Counted from the first letter of the stretch, positions 9,387 through 18,838 are shown. The stretch: 39,439 bases of DNA from a candidate division WOR-3 bacterium (GCA_965649055.1 CBFGJG010000014.1:1-39439), one strand, 5' to 3'. Made by a program: numbers and translations. The notes: generated by a model not told the origin, from the letters alone.

Positions 9387-9476
9387 CTATTTCTTTTTAT
9401 GCCTCATTTTTTTTCTTCTTTTCTTCAGTTTATGTGTCCTGATCTTCTGAAGTTTTCTTTTTCTGCCGCAGGGCAA
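9387..9476 (-). CDS. Small basic ribosomal protein bS22 / AURKAIP1-COX24 (mS38) family, 29 aa
   Basis: TTG start 6 nt after a GGAG RBS in the end of the HU gene; MPCGRKRKLQKIRTHKLKKRRKKMRHKKK-TAG matches the MPxGKKRKxxKxxTHKxKKRxxKxRHKKK pattern. Below the ORF-track size cutoff. Confidence 0.88.
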   Translation of the reverse strand: MPCGRKRKLQKIRTHKLKKRRKKMRHKKK

Positions 9477-9479
9477 TTT

Positions 9480-9776
9480 TTACTCCTTTTTTATTTTTTC
9501 TGCAATTTCTTTTTTAAAATCTCTTGATGCCTTAAAAACCGGCTGGAATCTGTCAGGGATTCTTACTTCTATCTTGTTCTTTGGATTCCTTCCTATCTTC
9601 CCCTTCTTCAATTTATTCATAAAAACACCGAATCCTCTAATTTCTATCCTATCATTATTTCTTAAAGATTCTTTTATCTCTGATAGAAAAATTTCTACTA
9701 TTCCCTTAACCTGCTGCCTTGGTATTCCCGTCTTTTCAGTTATCCTTTCAACAAAGTAAGCTTTTGTTCTTGTCAT
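9480..9776 (-). CDS. HU/IHF family nucleoid-associated DNA-binding protein
   Basis: RIEIRGFGVF...GRNPKNK...IPDRFQPVFKASRDFK; GGAGG RBS. Confidence 0.92.
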   Translation of the reverse strand: MTRTKAYFVERITEKTGIPRQQVKGIVEIFLSEIKESLRNNDRIEIRGFGVFMNKLKKGKIGRNPKNKIEVRIPDRFQPVFKASRDFKKEIAEKIKKE

Positions 9777-9794
9777 ATCTTCCTCCTGTTTGTC

Positions 9795-9825
9795 ATTTTA
9801 TAAAAGAGATTTAAAATCTTGTCAA
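9795..9825 (-). promoter_or_regulatory. Putative sigma70 promoter for HU-bS22-tRNA-pilT unit
   Basis: TTGACA at 9820-9825; TATAAA at 17 nt or TAAAAT at 19 nt. Confidence 0.5.
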
Positions 9826-9832
9826 GCATTTT

Positions 9833-10294
9833 TCACCATAATTCAAGGATACTTTTTATTATATCATCTTTTAATTTTGAACTTATCTTTTTAAGCCCTT
9901 CAATATCTTCACCGGAACTTGAAATTATTTCTTCAATTATGTTTTTTTCAATAAGTTTCAGTGTGTCAATATTCCTGTAAAAAGAGAAATTAGAATCCAT
10001 CGTAAATTTATAACCTTTTATTTCACCTGTTTCTCCATAATAAAATGGCTCTTTTTTTAAATTTTTAACCACTATCTTTAAAGTATATTCACCATTCTCG
10101 CTAATCTTGAATCTTCCATCATCCCTGAATGAGTTATAAATTTCAGAACCAAGGATACCTTCCACACCGTAATAGTTACTTTGATTCTCGACAGGAAGAA
10201 TCTTTATACTTCCTTTTATATTCCCACCTGTAAATGAGATTGTGCAGGAAATATTAAAGATTAAAAATATTCCTGTAATCCTGTATCTTTGCAT
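9833..10294 (-). CDS. lptE: LptE-like LPS-assembly lipoprotein
   Basis: Start at ATG 10294 gives MQRYRITGIFLIFNISC (lipobox-like); SIKILPVENQSNYYGVEGIL...F..DGRFKI...TLKIVV fits the LptE pattern. ORF-track start 10324 is likely too long. Confidence 0.6.
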   Translation of the reverse strand: MQRYRITGIFLIFNISCTISFTGGNIKGSIKILPVENQSNYYGVEGILGSEIYNSFRDDGRFKISENGEYTLKIVVKNLKKEPFYYGETGEIKGYKFTMDSNFSFYRNIDTLKLIEKNIIEEIISSSGEDIEGLKKISSKLKDDIIKSILELW

Positions 10295-11972
10295 CTTCTG
10301 TAATATTCCTATACCATTCCTCAACTATCATCTTTCTTTTTAAATCATAGTAATTCATATAATACTCTTCAAATTTTGCTTTCAGGGATTCAATATCAGG
10401 TTCTTTCCGGTCTATCACACGAACAATAAAAATACCATTTTCATCAACGATTGGAGAAGATATAATCCCTTTTGTTAGATTAAAAACAGCACCATACAGT
10501 ATTCCTTTTCTTATAAATGGTTCACATTCAGTATTAAGACTTATGTAGTCCGTTATTCCATAAATTCCATCATTTTTAAATTCATCAAGCTTCTCCTTTA
10601 TTTTCGAACGTATTTCTATTACTTTCTTCAAGTTTTCATTTATTATCTTTTCTTTCTTCAAATCTTCTCTAACAATCTCTTTTATGTCCTCGTATTTTAA
10701 TCCTTTCTTGAAATTCCTGTCAACCCTTACAAGATAATATCCATCTTCTTCAAGCTGCGTGAAAAATTCCCCTTCTTTTAAATTGTTAAGCAAGAAAACA
10801 TACTCGATATCAATAGGATTTTTTCCATATCTTCTATAATAAAAACTCTCAAATTTTACATTATATTCTTCCTTTGCCTTTAAAGAATCTTCTTTATAAT
10901 ATTTAACAAAATCATCAATCTTGTTCTTTAAAAGTGTCACACTCTCATAAGAAGGTTTAAATTTTAAGAATATCTTCTGGAGCCCATATTTATTTTTATC
11001 CTTTTCCTTTAAATAATATATGTAAATACCTTTATCTTTTTTTACAACCTTTGTCTCGTTTATCTTCATTGAACTTAAAATATCCCTTTCATCAGAATTA
11101 AAATCTTTTAATTCTTTCTTCTCATAGGTAAAAATTGAATCTGAATATACAATCATCAATGTATCAAAAGGGATTCCTGCGTTAAACTGGCTTATTATAT
11201 TATCGGCTATTTCTTTCACATTATTTTTATCTTCCTCATAAATGTTTACCGGAAAGAAGGAGTAGGAAAGAATAGCTTTTATATCATTGTATGAAGATAA
11301 ATTATTTTTGAAATAATCTTCTGCTTCTTCTTCTGATACGGAAACAGGTAATGAAAAATCAGGTTTGAAATAAATATATTCAAACTTTACTTTTATTTCG
11401 TCCTCGAGTATTTTCTGGACAACCTCAGAATTCGTTAATCTAACAAAATCAAGTAATTCAGTATTCATTATTTTTAAAGGCATTTCATTTATAAAGAAAT
11501 TTTTGTAGCTCTGGAAGAAAGTTGCAAACCTCGGGTCCTTCAATATGTTTACATATTTCTCCTGATTAAAAATACCGTTCTCATAAAATGTAGAATCATT
11601 AGCCACTTCATATGGCGGTATAGATAAAACGAGTTTTTCGGCAACTTTTTCGTCAATCTTTATATTCCTTTTATTTAAAAAATTACCAACCACATTATTT
11701 ATTATTATTCTGTTAATTATATCGTCAGAGATTTTTTTCTGTTCATACGGTCCAAGATTCTGTCTTTTCATATAACTTATTGTGTTCTGATAAATCTGAT
11801 TGTATTCATTCAATGTAATATATTTTTTACCAACTTTTGCAATATATCCTTTTTCTGCTATTCCTCTGTGAGTAAGTGTTGTCCCAAAATCAAAGAAAAC
11901 AAATAGAATAAAAACTGCTGCAAGAAACCAGAAAAATATTTTCATACTCTTTCTCACATTTTGCATAAACAT
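10254..11972 (-). CDS. SurA N-terminal domain / PpiD-like membrane-anchored periplasmic chaperone-PPIase
   Basis: MQNVRKSMKIFFWFLAAVFILFVFFDFG anchor; IAKVGKKYIT; FYENGIFNQEKY; rotamase-like ISSPIVDENGIFIVRV; end AKIQDYR. Confidence 0.8.
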   Translation of the reverse strand: MFMQNVRKSMKIFFWFLAAVFILFVFFDFGTTLTHRGIAEKGYIAKVGKKYITLNEYNQIYQNTISYMKRQNLGPYEQKKISDDIINRIIINNVVGNFLNKRNIKIDEKVAEKLVLSIPPYEVANDSTFYENGIFNQEKYVNILKDPRFATFFQSYKNFFINEMPLKIMNTELLDFVRLTNSEVVQKILEDEIKVKFEYIYFKPDFSLPVSVSEEEAEDYFKNNLSSYNDIKAILSYSFFPVNIYEEDKNNVKEIADNIISQFNAGIPFDTLMIVYSDSIFTYEKKELKDFNSDERDILSSMKINETKVVKKDKGIYIYYLKEKDKNKYGLQKIFLKFKPSYESVTLLKNKIDDFVKYYKEDSLKAKEEYNVKFESFYYRRYGKNPIDIEYVFLLNNLKEGEFFTQLEEDGYYLVRVDRNFKKGLKYEDIKEIVREDLKKEKIINENLKKVIEIRSKIKEKLDEFKNDGIYGITDYISLNTECEPFIRKGILYGAVFNLTKGIISSPIVDENGIFIVRVIDRKEPDIESLKAKFEEYYMNYYDLKRKMIVEEWYRNITEDAKIQDYRNIFNL

Positions 11973-11973
11973 A

Positions 11974-13416
11974 CTATCCTCCTTTTATTTTATTGTAATC
12001 TTTTTTCAGAAAATCAATGAATTTTTCAAGTCTTAATATTACCCTATTCTTTCCCAATAGTTCCAGCAATTCAAACAATCCAGGTCCAAATGTCATTCCT
12101 GTTGTGGCTATTCTTACAGGATGAATCATTTTTCTTGTGCTTATATTTTTCATATTACAGAAATCCCTTAGGTCTTTTTCAATTTCATCCTTATTCCATT
12201 CTCTCAGGAATTTTATCCTTTCCTTGTATTCACTAAGATTTTTATCAATACCTTCGTATAAAATTTTCTTTACTCCCTCTTCATTATAACTGAAATCATC
12301 CGTAAAGAAATAATAACCGATCTTTTCAATATCCCTTAATGTCTGTAATCTTTCTCTCATCATTATCAATACCTTTTTCATATATTCAGGGTCATAATTT
12401 TCATCGATAAGACCGGCTTTTTTCAGATAAGGGACTATCCTTTTTATAAGTTCTTCTATCTTCAGATTCCTTATGTATTCACCATTCATCCATAAAAGTT
12501 TCTTTATATCAAAAATTGCACCTCTTTTACCCACATTTGAAATATCAAATTCTTTTATAAGCTCGTCCATTGAAAAGAATTCCCTCTCATCTTTTGGAGA
12601 CCAGCCGAGTAGTGCAAGAAAGTTAACAAAGGCTTCTGGAAGAAATCCTTCATCTCTATATTGTGAAACAGCCACCACACCATGTCTTTTAGACAATTTG
12701 CTCCTATCTTCTCCAAGTATAAGCGGGAGATGGGCAAAACAGGGTTTTTCCCAACCAAGGGCATCATAAATGAGTATCTGTTTTGGTGTGTTTGGTATAT
12801 GGTCATCACCTCTTATAACATGTGTTATGCCCATATCATGGTCATCCACAACAACTGCAAGGTTATAGGAAGGGAATCCATCAGATTTCAGAATAACAAG
12901 ATCTTCAATCTCGCTATTATCAAGTTCAATCTTACCGTGAATAAGGTCTTCAAAATAAGTTTTTCCTTCAGGAATAAAAAATCTTATTGCTTTCTTCCTA
13001 CCTTCTTTTTCAAATCTATCTTTTTCCTCTTTAGTAAGATTCAAACACCTCCTATCATATTTCCATGCCTTACCTGTTTTTAAAGCTATTTTCCTTCTTT
13101 CATCAATTTCTTCCTGTGTACAGTAACACCAATATGCTTTACCATCTTGTAATAGTTTGTATGCTATCTCCGTATATCTTTTTATATTCTCAGACTGAAA
13201 GAAAGGTCCTTCATCCCATTTAAGACCAAGCCAGTTTAAAGAATCAATTATTATTTCAACCATTTCTTTTGTGGACCTTTTAACATCGGTATCTTCTATC
13301 CTTAAAACAAATTTTCCATTATTCTTCCTTGCAAAAAGGAAGTTGTAAAGTGCTGTCCTTGCTGTCCCAACATGTAAATAACCTGTAGGTGAAGGTGCTA
13401 TTCTAACTTTAACCAT
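11974..13416 (-). CDS. gltX: Glutamate--tRNA ligase
   Basis: RIAPSPTGYLHVGTAR (HIGH), LRIEDTD, CYC...YDRRC zinc motif, ITHVIRGDDH, KLSKRHG (KMSKS). Confidence 0.97.
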   Translation of the reverse strand: MVKVRIAPSPTGYLHVGTARTALYNFLFARKNNGKFVLRIEDTDVKRSTKEMVEIIIDSLNWLGLKWDEGPFFQSENIKRYTEIAYKLLQDGKAYWCYCTQEEIDERRKIALKTGKAWKYDRRCLNLTKEEKDRFEKEGRKKAIRFFIPEGKTYFEDLIHGKIELDNSEIEDLVILKSDGFPSYNLAVVVDDHDMGITHVIRGDDHIPNTPKQILIYDALGWEKPCFAHLPLILGEDRSKLSKRHGVVAVSQYRDEGFLPEAFVNFLALLGWSPKDEREFFSMDELIKEFDISNVGKRGAIFDIKKLLWMNGEYIRNLKIEELIKRIVPYLKKAGLIDENYDPEYMKKVLIMMRERLQTLRDIEKIGYYFFTDDFSYNEEGVKKILYEGIDKNLSEYKERIKFLREWNKDEIEKDLRDFCNMKNISTRKMIHPVRIATTGMTFGPGLFELLELLGKNRVILRLEKFIDFLKKDYNKIKGG

Positions 13417-13435
13417 ATCGCTCCTTTTTTACATC

Positions 13436-13463
13436 AATATAAGGGATTTTTTTTTAAAATCAA
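13436..13463 (-). promoter_or_regulatory. Putative sigma70 promoter for gltX-surA-lptE
   Basis: TTGATT (13458-13463), 16 nt, TATATT (13436-13441); AAGGAG RBS downstream. Confidence 0.5.
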
Positions 13464-13468
13464 GAAAT

Positions 13469-14614
13469 TTAAACATTTAAAATCTTCAATATATTTTGAG
13501 AAATTAACCTTACAGCTTCCCTGTTAATCTTCCCTAAATTTTTTGATTTTTCAGTCATTTTTTTCAACCTTTCATTGTCGTTTAAAAGGTTGAATATGGC
13601 ATCCCCTGCTTCTTTTGCATCTTTCAGGTGTATTCCAAAACCCTGTTTTTCAACAAGGTCGGCAAAAATAATCTCCTGTAGTGAACCAGCAACAGGGTCA
13701 ATCAATATCAACGGCTTTCCATTCGCAAGTGCATCAGCAATAACCATGCCACCTGGTTTGCTCACTATGATATCAGCGGCCCTCATTACATCATGTATAC
13801 AAGGAATATCAAGAAAAAGATGAACATTATCAAGATTCATTTTTTTCAATTCCTCATACATCTCTTTGTTTCTACCCAGAACAACTAAAACCTGTGTTCT
13901 TTCATTCTTCTCCTTTATCGATTTTATTATAGAAGGATAATCCACCATCTTACCAAGATAACCCGCCATTATAAGTATTGTCGGAAGGTCCTCTTTTAGT
14001 CCTAAAATCCTTCTCTGTTCTATAACAGGTCTTTTCAGCACTCTATCAATTCCTTTCTGTGCAGGTGCACCTGTTATCATAATTCTTTTATGGTCTACAC
14101 CGTAATATTTCAATTGTTCATAAACAATATCGTTCGAAACATAGTAAAAATCAACATCAGGATCAGCCCATCCTCTATGAGAAGAATAGTCCATTACCAT
14201 TGAATGGAATGGTGTATTAAACCATCTCTTAAAAAAATTGGAGACAGCATTAATTTCTGGCTGAAAAGAGATTATTAAATCTGTTTTTCCAATTTTATTT
14301 ATTATCCTTTTTCTTGAAAATCTATTTGTAAAAACAATTATCATAAATTTTTTATAAAGCCAATGAAATATCTTTTCTCCTCTTTTAAGACTTGAATAAC
14401 CTTTCCTCCACAACCATTTAAACTTAAGATCCCCAATTCTACCTATTTTATCAAGAAAATTTGCTATAGGGATAAAATCAAGAAGATTATAAATCCTTGT
14501 TTTAACTTTATCTTTGTAATTTTCTTCTAAATATGAAGCAAGTGCTTCAGAAGGGAATTTATGTCCACCTTTCCTTGATGCGATGAGTATGCTTATAGTT
14601 TTCTTTTCATTCAT
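13469..14614 (-). CDS. GT28 / MGDG-synthase (UgtP-like) glycosyltransferase
   Basis: N-terminal ASRKGGH, DYSSHRGW, ITGAP, VVLGRN, MRAADIIVSKPGG...GKPLILIDPVAGSLQE. Confidence 0.8.
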   Translation of the reverse strand: MNEKKTISILIASRKGGHKFPSEALASYLEENYKDKVKTRIYNLLDFIPIANFLDKIGRIGDLKFKWLWRKGYSSLKRGEKIFHWLYKKFMIIVFTNRFSRKRIINKIGKTDLIISFQPEINAVSNFFKRWFNTPFHSMVMDYSSHRGWADPDVDFYYVSNDIVYEQLKYYGVDHKRIMITGAPAQKGIDRVLKRPVIEQRRILGLKEDLPTILIMAGYLGKMVDYPSIIKSIKEKNERTQVLVVLGRNKEMYEELKKMNLDNVHLFLDIPCIHDVMRAADIIVSKPGGMVIADALANGKPLILIDPVAGSLQEIIFADLVEKQGFGIHLKDAKEAGDAIFNLLNDNERLKKMTEKSKNLGKINREAVRLISQNILKILNV

Positions 14615-14626
14615 TTTATACTCACT

Positions 14627-15604
14627 TTAAAAATTTACATTCGGTTCAACCCTTTTTTTAAAATATTCTTCTTTCATTTTATCATTAAAAAACAGGTATG
14701 CAAGAAATGCAACCATACAACCATTATCCGAAGTCAAACCTTTATCCGGGAAATAAAATACATCGAAGTTTTCCATAATTTTTTCCTTTAAATATCTATT
14801 TGCTGATACACCACCTGATACAGCTATCTTTTTTATACCTGTTTTCTTTGAGGCTTCTTTTAGTTTAAGAATAACAAAGTTAATAACTGTCTTCATAAAC
14901 GATGCAGAGATATCACTTATTCTCTCAATCCTTTCCCTTAAAGATAGCTTATTGTATGTATAAAGAACAGCAGTTTTAAGACCGCTGAAACTGAAATTAA
15001 AATCTTTTACATCAGGTATTGGAAATTTAAAATAATCAGGGTCCCCATCTTTACTCCATTTTTCAATCTCGACACCACCAGGATAACCAATCCCGAGCAT
15101 TTTCGCAACCTTATCGAAAACCTCACCACATGCATCATCCAGTGTATCACCTATCATTTCTATATTTTTATCATACACCTTAAACAATTTTGTATGACCA
15201 CCTGAAATAACAAGGCCTAAAAATTTTTTTTCAATACCTCCCTTGTTTATGAATGGTGAAAAAAGATGGGCAAGAATATGATTTGCCGGGAAAAAGGATT
15301 TATTTTTTTTCATTGCAAGTGATTTTGCAAAAGTATACCCTACTAAAAGAGAACCAATAAGACCGGGCCCATAGGTTGCTGAGACAATATCAATATCTTC
15401 AATATCACAATTGGAATCAGACAATGCCTTATCAACAACGGATTCTATTGTCTTGATGTGTTCCCTTGATGCAAGTTCAGGGACAACACCACCAAATTGT
15501 TTATGAATTACCTGTGTATGAACCACATTAGAAGTCATTTTACCATCAACTATGATTCCACAAGAACAGTCATCGCAGGATGTCTCAATACCCAATATCT
15601 TCAT
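14627..15604 (-). CDS. tsaD: tRNA N6-adenosine threonylcarbamoyltransferase
   Basis: ILGIETSCDD, GGVVPELASREH, GPGL, NHILAH, SGGHT, DDACGEVFDK, FSFSGLKT, GGVSAN, DNGCM. Confidence 0.96.
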   Translation of the reverse strand: MKILGIETSCDDCSCGIIVDGKMTSNVVHTQVIHKQFGGVVPELASREHIKTIESVVDKALSDSNCDIEDIDIVSATYGPGLIGSLLVGYTFAKSLAMKKNKSFFPANHILAHLFSPFINKGGIEKKFLGLVISGGHTKLFKVYDKNIEMIGDTLDDACGEVFDKVAKMLGIGYPGGVEIEKWSKDGDPDYFKFPIPDVKDFNFSFSGLKTAVLYTYNKLSLRERIERISDISASFMKTVINFVILKLKEASKKTGIKKIAVSGGVSANRYLKEKIMENFDVFYFPDKGLTSDNGCMVAFLAYLFFNDKMKEEYFKKRVEPNVNF

Positions 15605-16194
15605 GGTATAATCCTGATTGTGTTTGGTATAACCTTTATTATTTTTTCTCCAAGTGTAATTGTTGTTGTTTTACCAACATCCGGCACAGAATCTGGAAGA
15701 ACAGCAGTAACATTACCAATTAACTTTTTAGGTCCTATTAATCTTACAGAATCAGGTTCTGAACTTAATCCCTGTATCATAAGGACCTTGACCTTTTTTT
15801 CAATGAGTGAATCTATCTCAACATTCATTTCATTATCACCCATGACGAAAAAATTTACCTTTCCAATATATATTGGGAATTTTATATTACTTTCATCAAG
15901 TAATAAATTGTATTTCCCAACATCATAATTTATATCAATATATGATTTAGAAAGGGATAAAAGAATAATCTGCCTTTTTTTCGCTTCAACATTAATAGTA
16001 ATTTTTGTAGGTGTATAAGAAACAACACACAGTTTGTCTTTTACCCTTGGTATAATATCCATATTCAATGTTTTCTTTTCAATATTTCCAGTTACAACAT
16101 AAAACCAGAGTAAAAAAGAGAAAATAAGAGATATTAAGAAGAAAAAAAGATTAGAGAAAAATTTTCCAATATTCTTCTTAATTTTGAATCTCAT
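15601..16194 (-). CDS. YbbR/CdaR-like domain protein
   Basis: ISLIFSFLLWFYV membrane anchor; EKKVKV...EPDSVRLIGPK typical of YbbR repeats. ATG 16194 preferred over TTG 16197 by RBS spacing. Confidence 0.65.
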   Translation of the reverse strand: MRFKIKKNIGKFFSNLFFFLISLIFSFLLWFYVVTGNIEKKTLNMDIIPRVKDKLCVVSYTPTKITINVEAKKRQIILLSLSKSYIDINYDVGKYNLLLDESNIKFPIYIGKVNFFVMGDNEMNVEIDSLIEKKVKVLMIQGLSSEPDSVRLIGPKKLIGNVTAVLPDSVPDVGKTTTITLGEKIIKVIPNTIRIIP

Positions 16195-17164
16195 CAATCC
16201 CCTCTAAAAATACCTTTCCTTTCCCCTTCTTTATATATCCTATTCTCCTTCCCATTTTTATATCCTTACCAATTGCGACCATACCGATACCCATATTGAA
16301 TGTCTTGAACATTTCATTATCCGGAACATCTCCATACTTTTTAATCATTTTAAATATGCAGGGTATATCCCAATCTGGCTTTATTATACAATCAAGATTT
16401 TCGGGTAAAATCCTCTCTATATTCTCTTTAAAACCACCACCTGTTATATGTGCTAATCCATTTATTTTATCAATCTGTTTATAAATAAACTTTAAATACG
16501 ACCTGTGCGGCTTAAGTAAAGCCTCGCCAATAGAGGTCCCAAGTTCATCTATGTATTTTTCAGGTTTTAATTTCATTTTATCAAAAAATATCTTCCTTGC
16601 AAGTGTATAACCATTAGTATGAAGACCTGATGATTCAAATCCATATACATAATCACCATCTTTAATCATACTACCATCTATGATTCTTTTTTCAATAATC
16701 CCGACAATAAAACCGGCAATATCGAAGAGACCTTCCGGATAAATATCGGGCATTTCCGCTGTTTCACCACCAATCAGTGCCAAACCATTCTCAACGCATG
16801 CTTTTGTTAAACCTTTAATGATACAGGAAATGAGTCCTTCATCGATCTTATGAAAGGCAAGATAATCAAGAAAGAATAATGGTTTTGCACCAGTCGTGAG
16901 TATATCATTAACGCAATGATTTACTATATCTTCACCGAGCCAATCGTATTTTTCCATCATTTTTGCAACTATAATTTTAGTCCCGATTGAATCAGTTGAA
17001 CTTACAAGTATTGGATTTTTAGTTTTTTTTAATTGATATATTCCGCCAAAATGTCCTATATCACTTAAAACATTTTTATTAAATGTTTTTTTTACTAAAT
17101 TTTTAATTCTGTGCTTGGCCTTTTTTGCACTTTCTCTATTTACACCGGAATCTTTATAGAGCAT
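16178..17164 (-). CDS. purM: Phosphoribosylformylglycinamidine cyclo-ligase (AIR synthase)
   Basis: YKDSGVN, IGHFGG, STDSIGTK, VNDIL..GAKPLFFLDY, GGETAEMP, SSGLHTNGY, AHITGGG, FNMGIG. Confidence 0.96.
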   Translation of the reverse strand: MLYKDSGVNRESAKKAKHRIKNLVKKTFNKNVLSDIGHFGGIYQLKKTKNPILVSSTDSIGTKIIVAKMMEKYDWLGEDIVNHCVNDILTTGAKPLFFLDYLAFHKIDEGLISCIIKGLTKACVENGLALIGGETAEMPDIYPEGLFDIAGFIVGIIEKRIIDGSMIKDGDYVYGFESSGLHTNGYTLARKIFFDKMKLKPEKYIDELGTSIGEALLKPHRSYLKFIYKQIDKINGLAHITGGGFKENIERILPENLDCIIKPDWDIPCIFKMIKKYGDVPDNEMFKTFNMGIGMVAIGKDIKMGRRIGYIKKGKGKVFLEGIDEIQN

Positions 17165-18786
17165 TAAAGTTTTTCTTTCACCTTCTCAAGATATTTTTTT
17201 GCCTTTTCATTATTTGGATCATATTTTAATATCTTATCAAGCAATGCCTTCGATTCTTTATATTTGCCCTGTAAATAAAGATTTACAGCCTCTTTATACC
17301 AATTGTTAATTTCTTCCTGTGTTGGTTTTTGTGGCTGGGTTTTTGGCTTCTCTTCTGTCTTCGGTTTTTCCTGTGGTTTTGATTGAGGCTTATTTGTATC
17401 TTCTTTGGGTTTTGTCAATGAGGCAATCTTTATTTTTAATGAATCTATTTTTTCTTTCACTGTTTCATCATTAGGTGTTATCAGCAAAATTTCTTCAAGT
17501 AATTTTAATGATACCGAAGGATTGGAATTCTCATATTGAGTTGCAAGACTATTTAATGAATCAACCTTCACCTTGATTATATCTTTTAGCTCCTTCTGTA
17601 AAGATACTGTTTTTGCATAACCCGGTATTATTTTCATACATTCATTTATAAGATCGTTAGCTTCTTTTAGTTTACCAAGAGCGATTAAATCTTTTACTTC
17701 TTTAAGTTTATTCTCAACAAGCATTTCTTCAGGTGTAAGCAATCTTTTAAGCCCGATCTTTATATCTATTTTTTTATCCTTAACAACATTTACCTTCCCT
17801 GTTTTTAGTGTGTATTTTTCATTTTTGAAATTAATTTTATAATTTCCCTCATTAATTGTTATCTGTAAAGAACCCTCCTGATTTGTCTCAAATGTCTTAA
17901 TCTTATTTGTCTTTATGTCAATTACCTCAACTACGCATTGAATAGGAAATTTTGTTTCCTCATCATAAACGCGTATCAATATAATACCAACATTTTTTTG
18001 TGCTATCTCATAAACCTTTGCACCCAGAGAAAAATTCAATCTTACATTTCTATCAAGTATTTCACTTATCTGTTCAATCTTCGTAAAACAAAGATTGAAA
18101 AAATAGTCTTTTATATTCAAACCAATACCTGCATTCACATCTCTTCCGTCAAATTCGATTATACCTGTAAGGTATGGAAGTATTTTTATCCTGAAACCAC
18201 CGAACAAACCAAATACTATATCCTGATGATAACCGGATGTATCGTCTTTTACGAAGAAATAATCAAGGTTGAAATATCTTGAGCGTGGTCCATAACCTAC
18301 ATATCTACCTCTTCCAAGTCCAATTGTGAATTCTATTAAATCGTAAGGCTTGTATGTATTAACAAAAAATAATGAAAATCTCTCTTGTGGTCTTACTTTA
18401 TATTGTTCATCAAGATAACCAGATGTATTGATATCACCTCCACCAAGAGGTGTTATGTATTTTCTGTAAGTTATTCTGTCTATACCGATAGATGCGGAGT
18501 AAACATTATTAAAAAACAGCAGATATTTTATATCAAGTGTCCAGTCCTGAATTTTATAGTATGAGAGTGCACCTTCAAACCTTGGAAAAACGATATTGAA
18601 AGTTGCATTAATGTTGTATTTATTTACATCCTGTGAAACATTGCCTAATTCAAAACCACCTGAAAGATTCAGATAGAGACCTTTATTGGGAACAAATCCA
18701 GATGGTATATCAATATATCCATCAATTTTTTCCATTTCACCAAAAAGAACTAATGAAATGAATAAAAATATAATAAATTTTTTCAT
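17164..18786 (-). CDS. Putative outer-membrane protein: YjbH-like beta-barrel + carboxypeptidase-regulatory/PEGA-like domain + TPRs
   Basis: Signal peptide; YIDIPSG, TIGLGRGRY, GLFGGF, IIEFDGRDVNAGI (YjbH-like); IRVYDEETKFPI...ETNQEG; TPR helices; P/K/Q-rich linker; final TPR ILKYDPNNEKAKKYL. Confidence 0.6.
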   Translation of the reverse strand: MKKFIIFLFISLVLFGEMEKIDGYIDIPSGFVPNKGLYLNLSGGFELGNVSQDVNKYNINATFNIVFPRFEGALSYYKIQDWTLDIKYLLFFNNVYSASIGIDRITYRKYITPLGGGDINTSGYLDEQYKVRPQERFSLFFVNTYKPYDLIEFTIGLGRGRYVGYGPRSRYFNLDYFFVKDDTSGYHQDIVFGLFGGFRIKILPYLTGIIEFDGRDVNAGIGLNIKDYFFNLCFTKIEQISEILDRNVRLNFSLGAKVYEIAQKNVGIILIRVYDEETKFPIQCVVEVIDIKTNKIKTFETNQEGSLQITINEGNYKINFKNEKYTLKTGKVNVVKDKKIDIKIGLKRLLTPEEMLVENKLKEVKDLIALGKLKEANDLINECMKIIPGYAKTVSLQKELKDIIKVKVDSLNSLATQYENSNPSVSLKLLEEILLITPNDETVKEKIDSLKIKIASLTKPKEDTNKPQSKPQEKPKTEEKPKTQPQKPTQEEINNWYKEAVNLYLQGKYKESKALLDKILKYDPNNEKAKKYLEKVKEKL

Positions 18787-18803
18787 ATTTCACCTCCTTT
18801 TAA

Positions 18804-18831
18804 AATATAAAAATTTTTTTTCATTTGTCAA
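18804..18831 (-). promoter_or_regulatory. Putative sigma70 promoter for the barrel-TPR/purM/tsaD unit
   Basis: TTGACA (18826-18831), 16 nt, TATATT (18804-18809); AAGGAGGTG RBS. Confidence 0.55.
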
Positions 18832-18838
18832 GTTTTTT

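Noticed and set aside
9155..9442. 95-aa plus-strand ORF
   Set aside because: Antisense across pilT, the tRNA and the bS22 gene.
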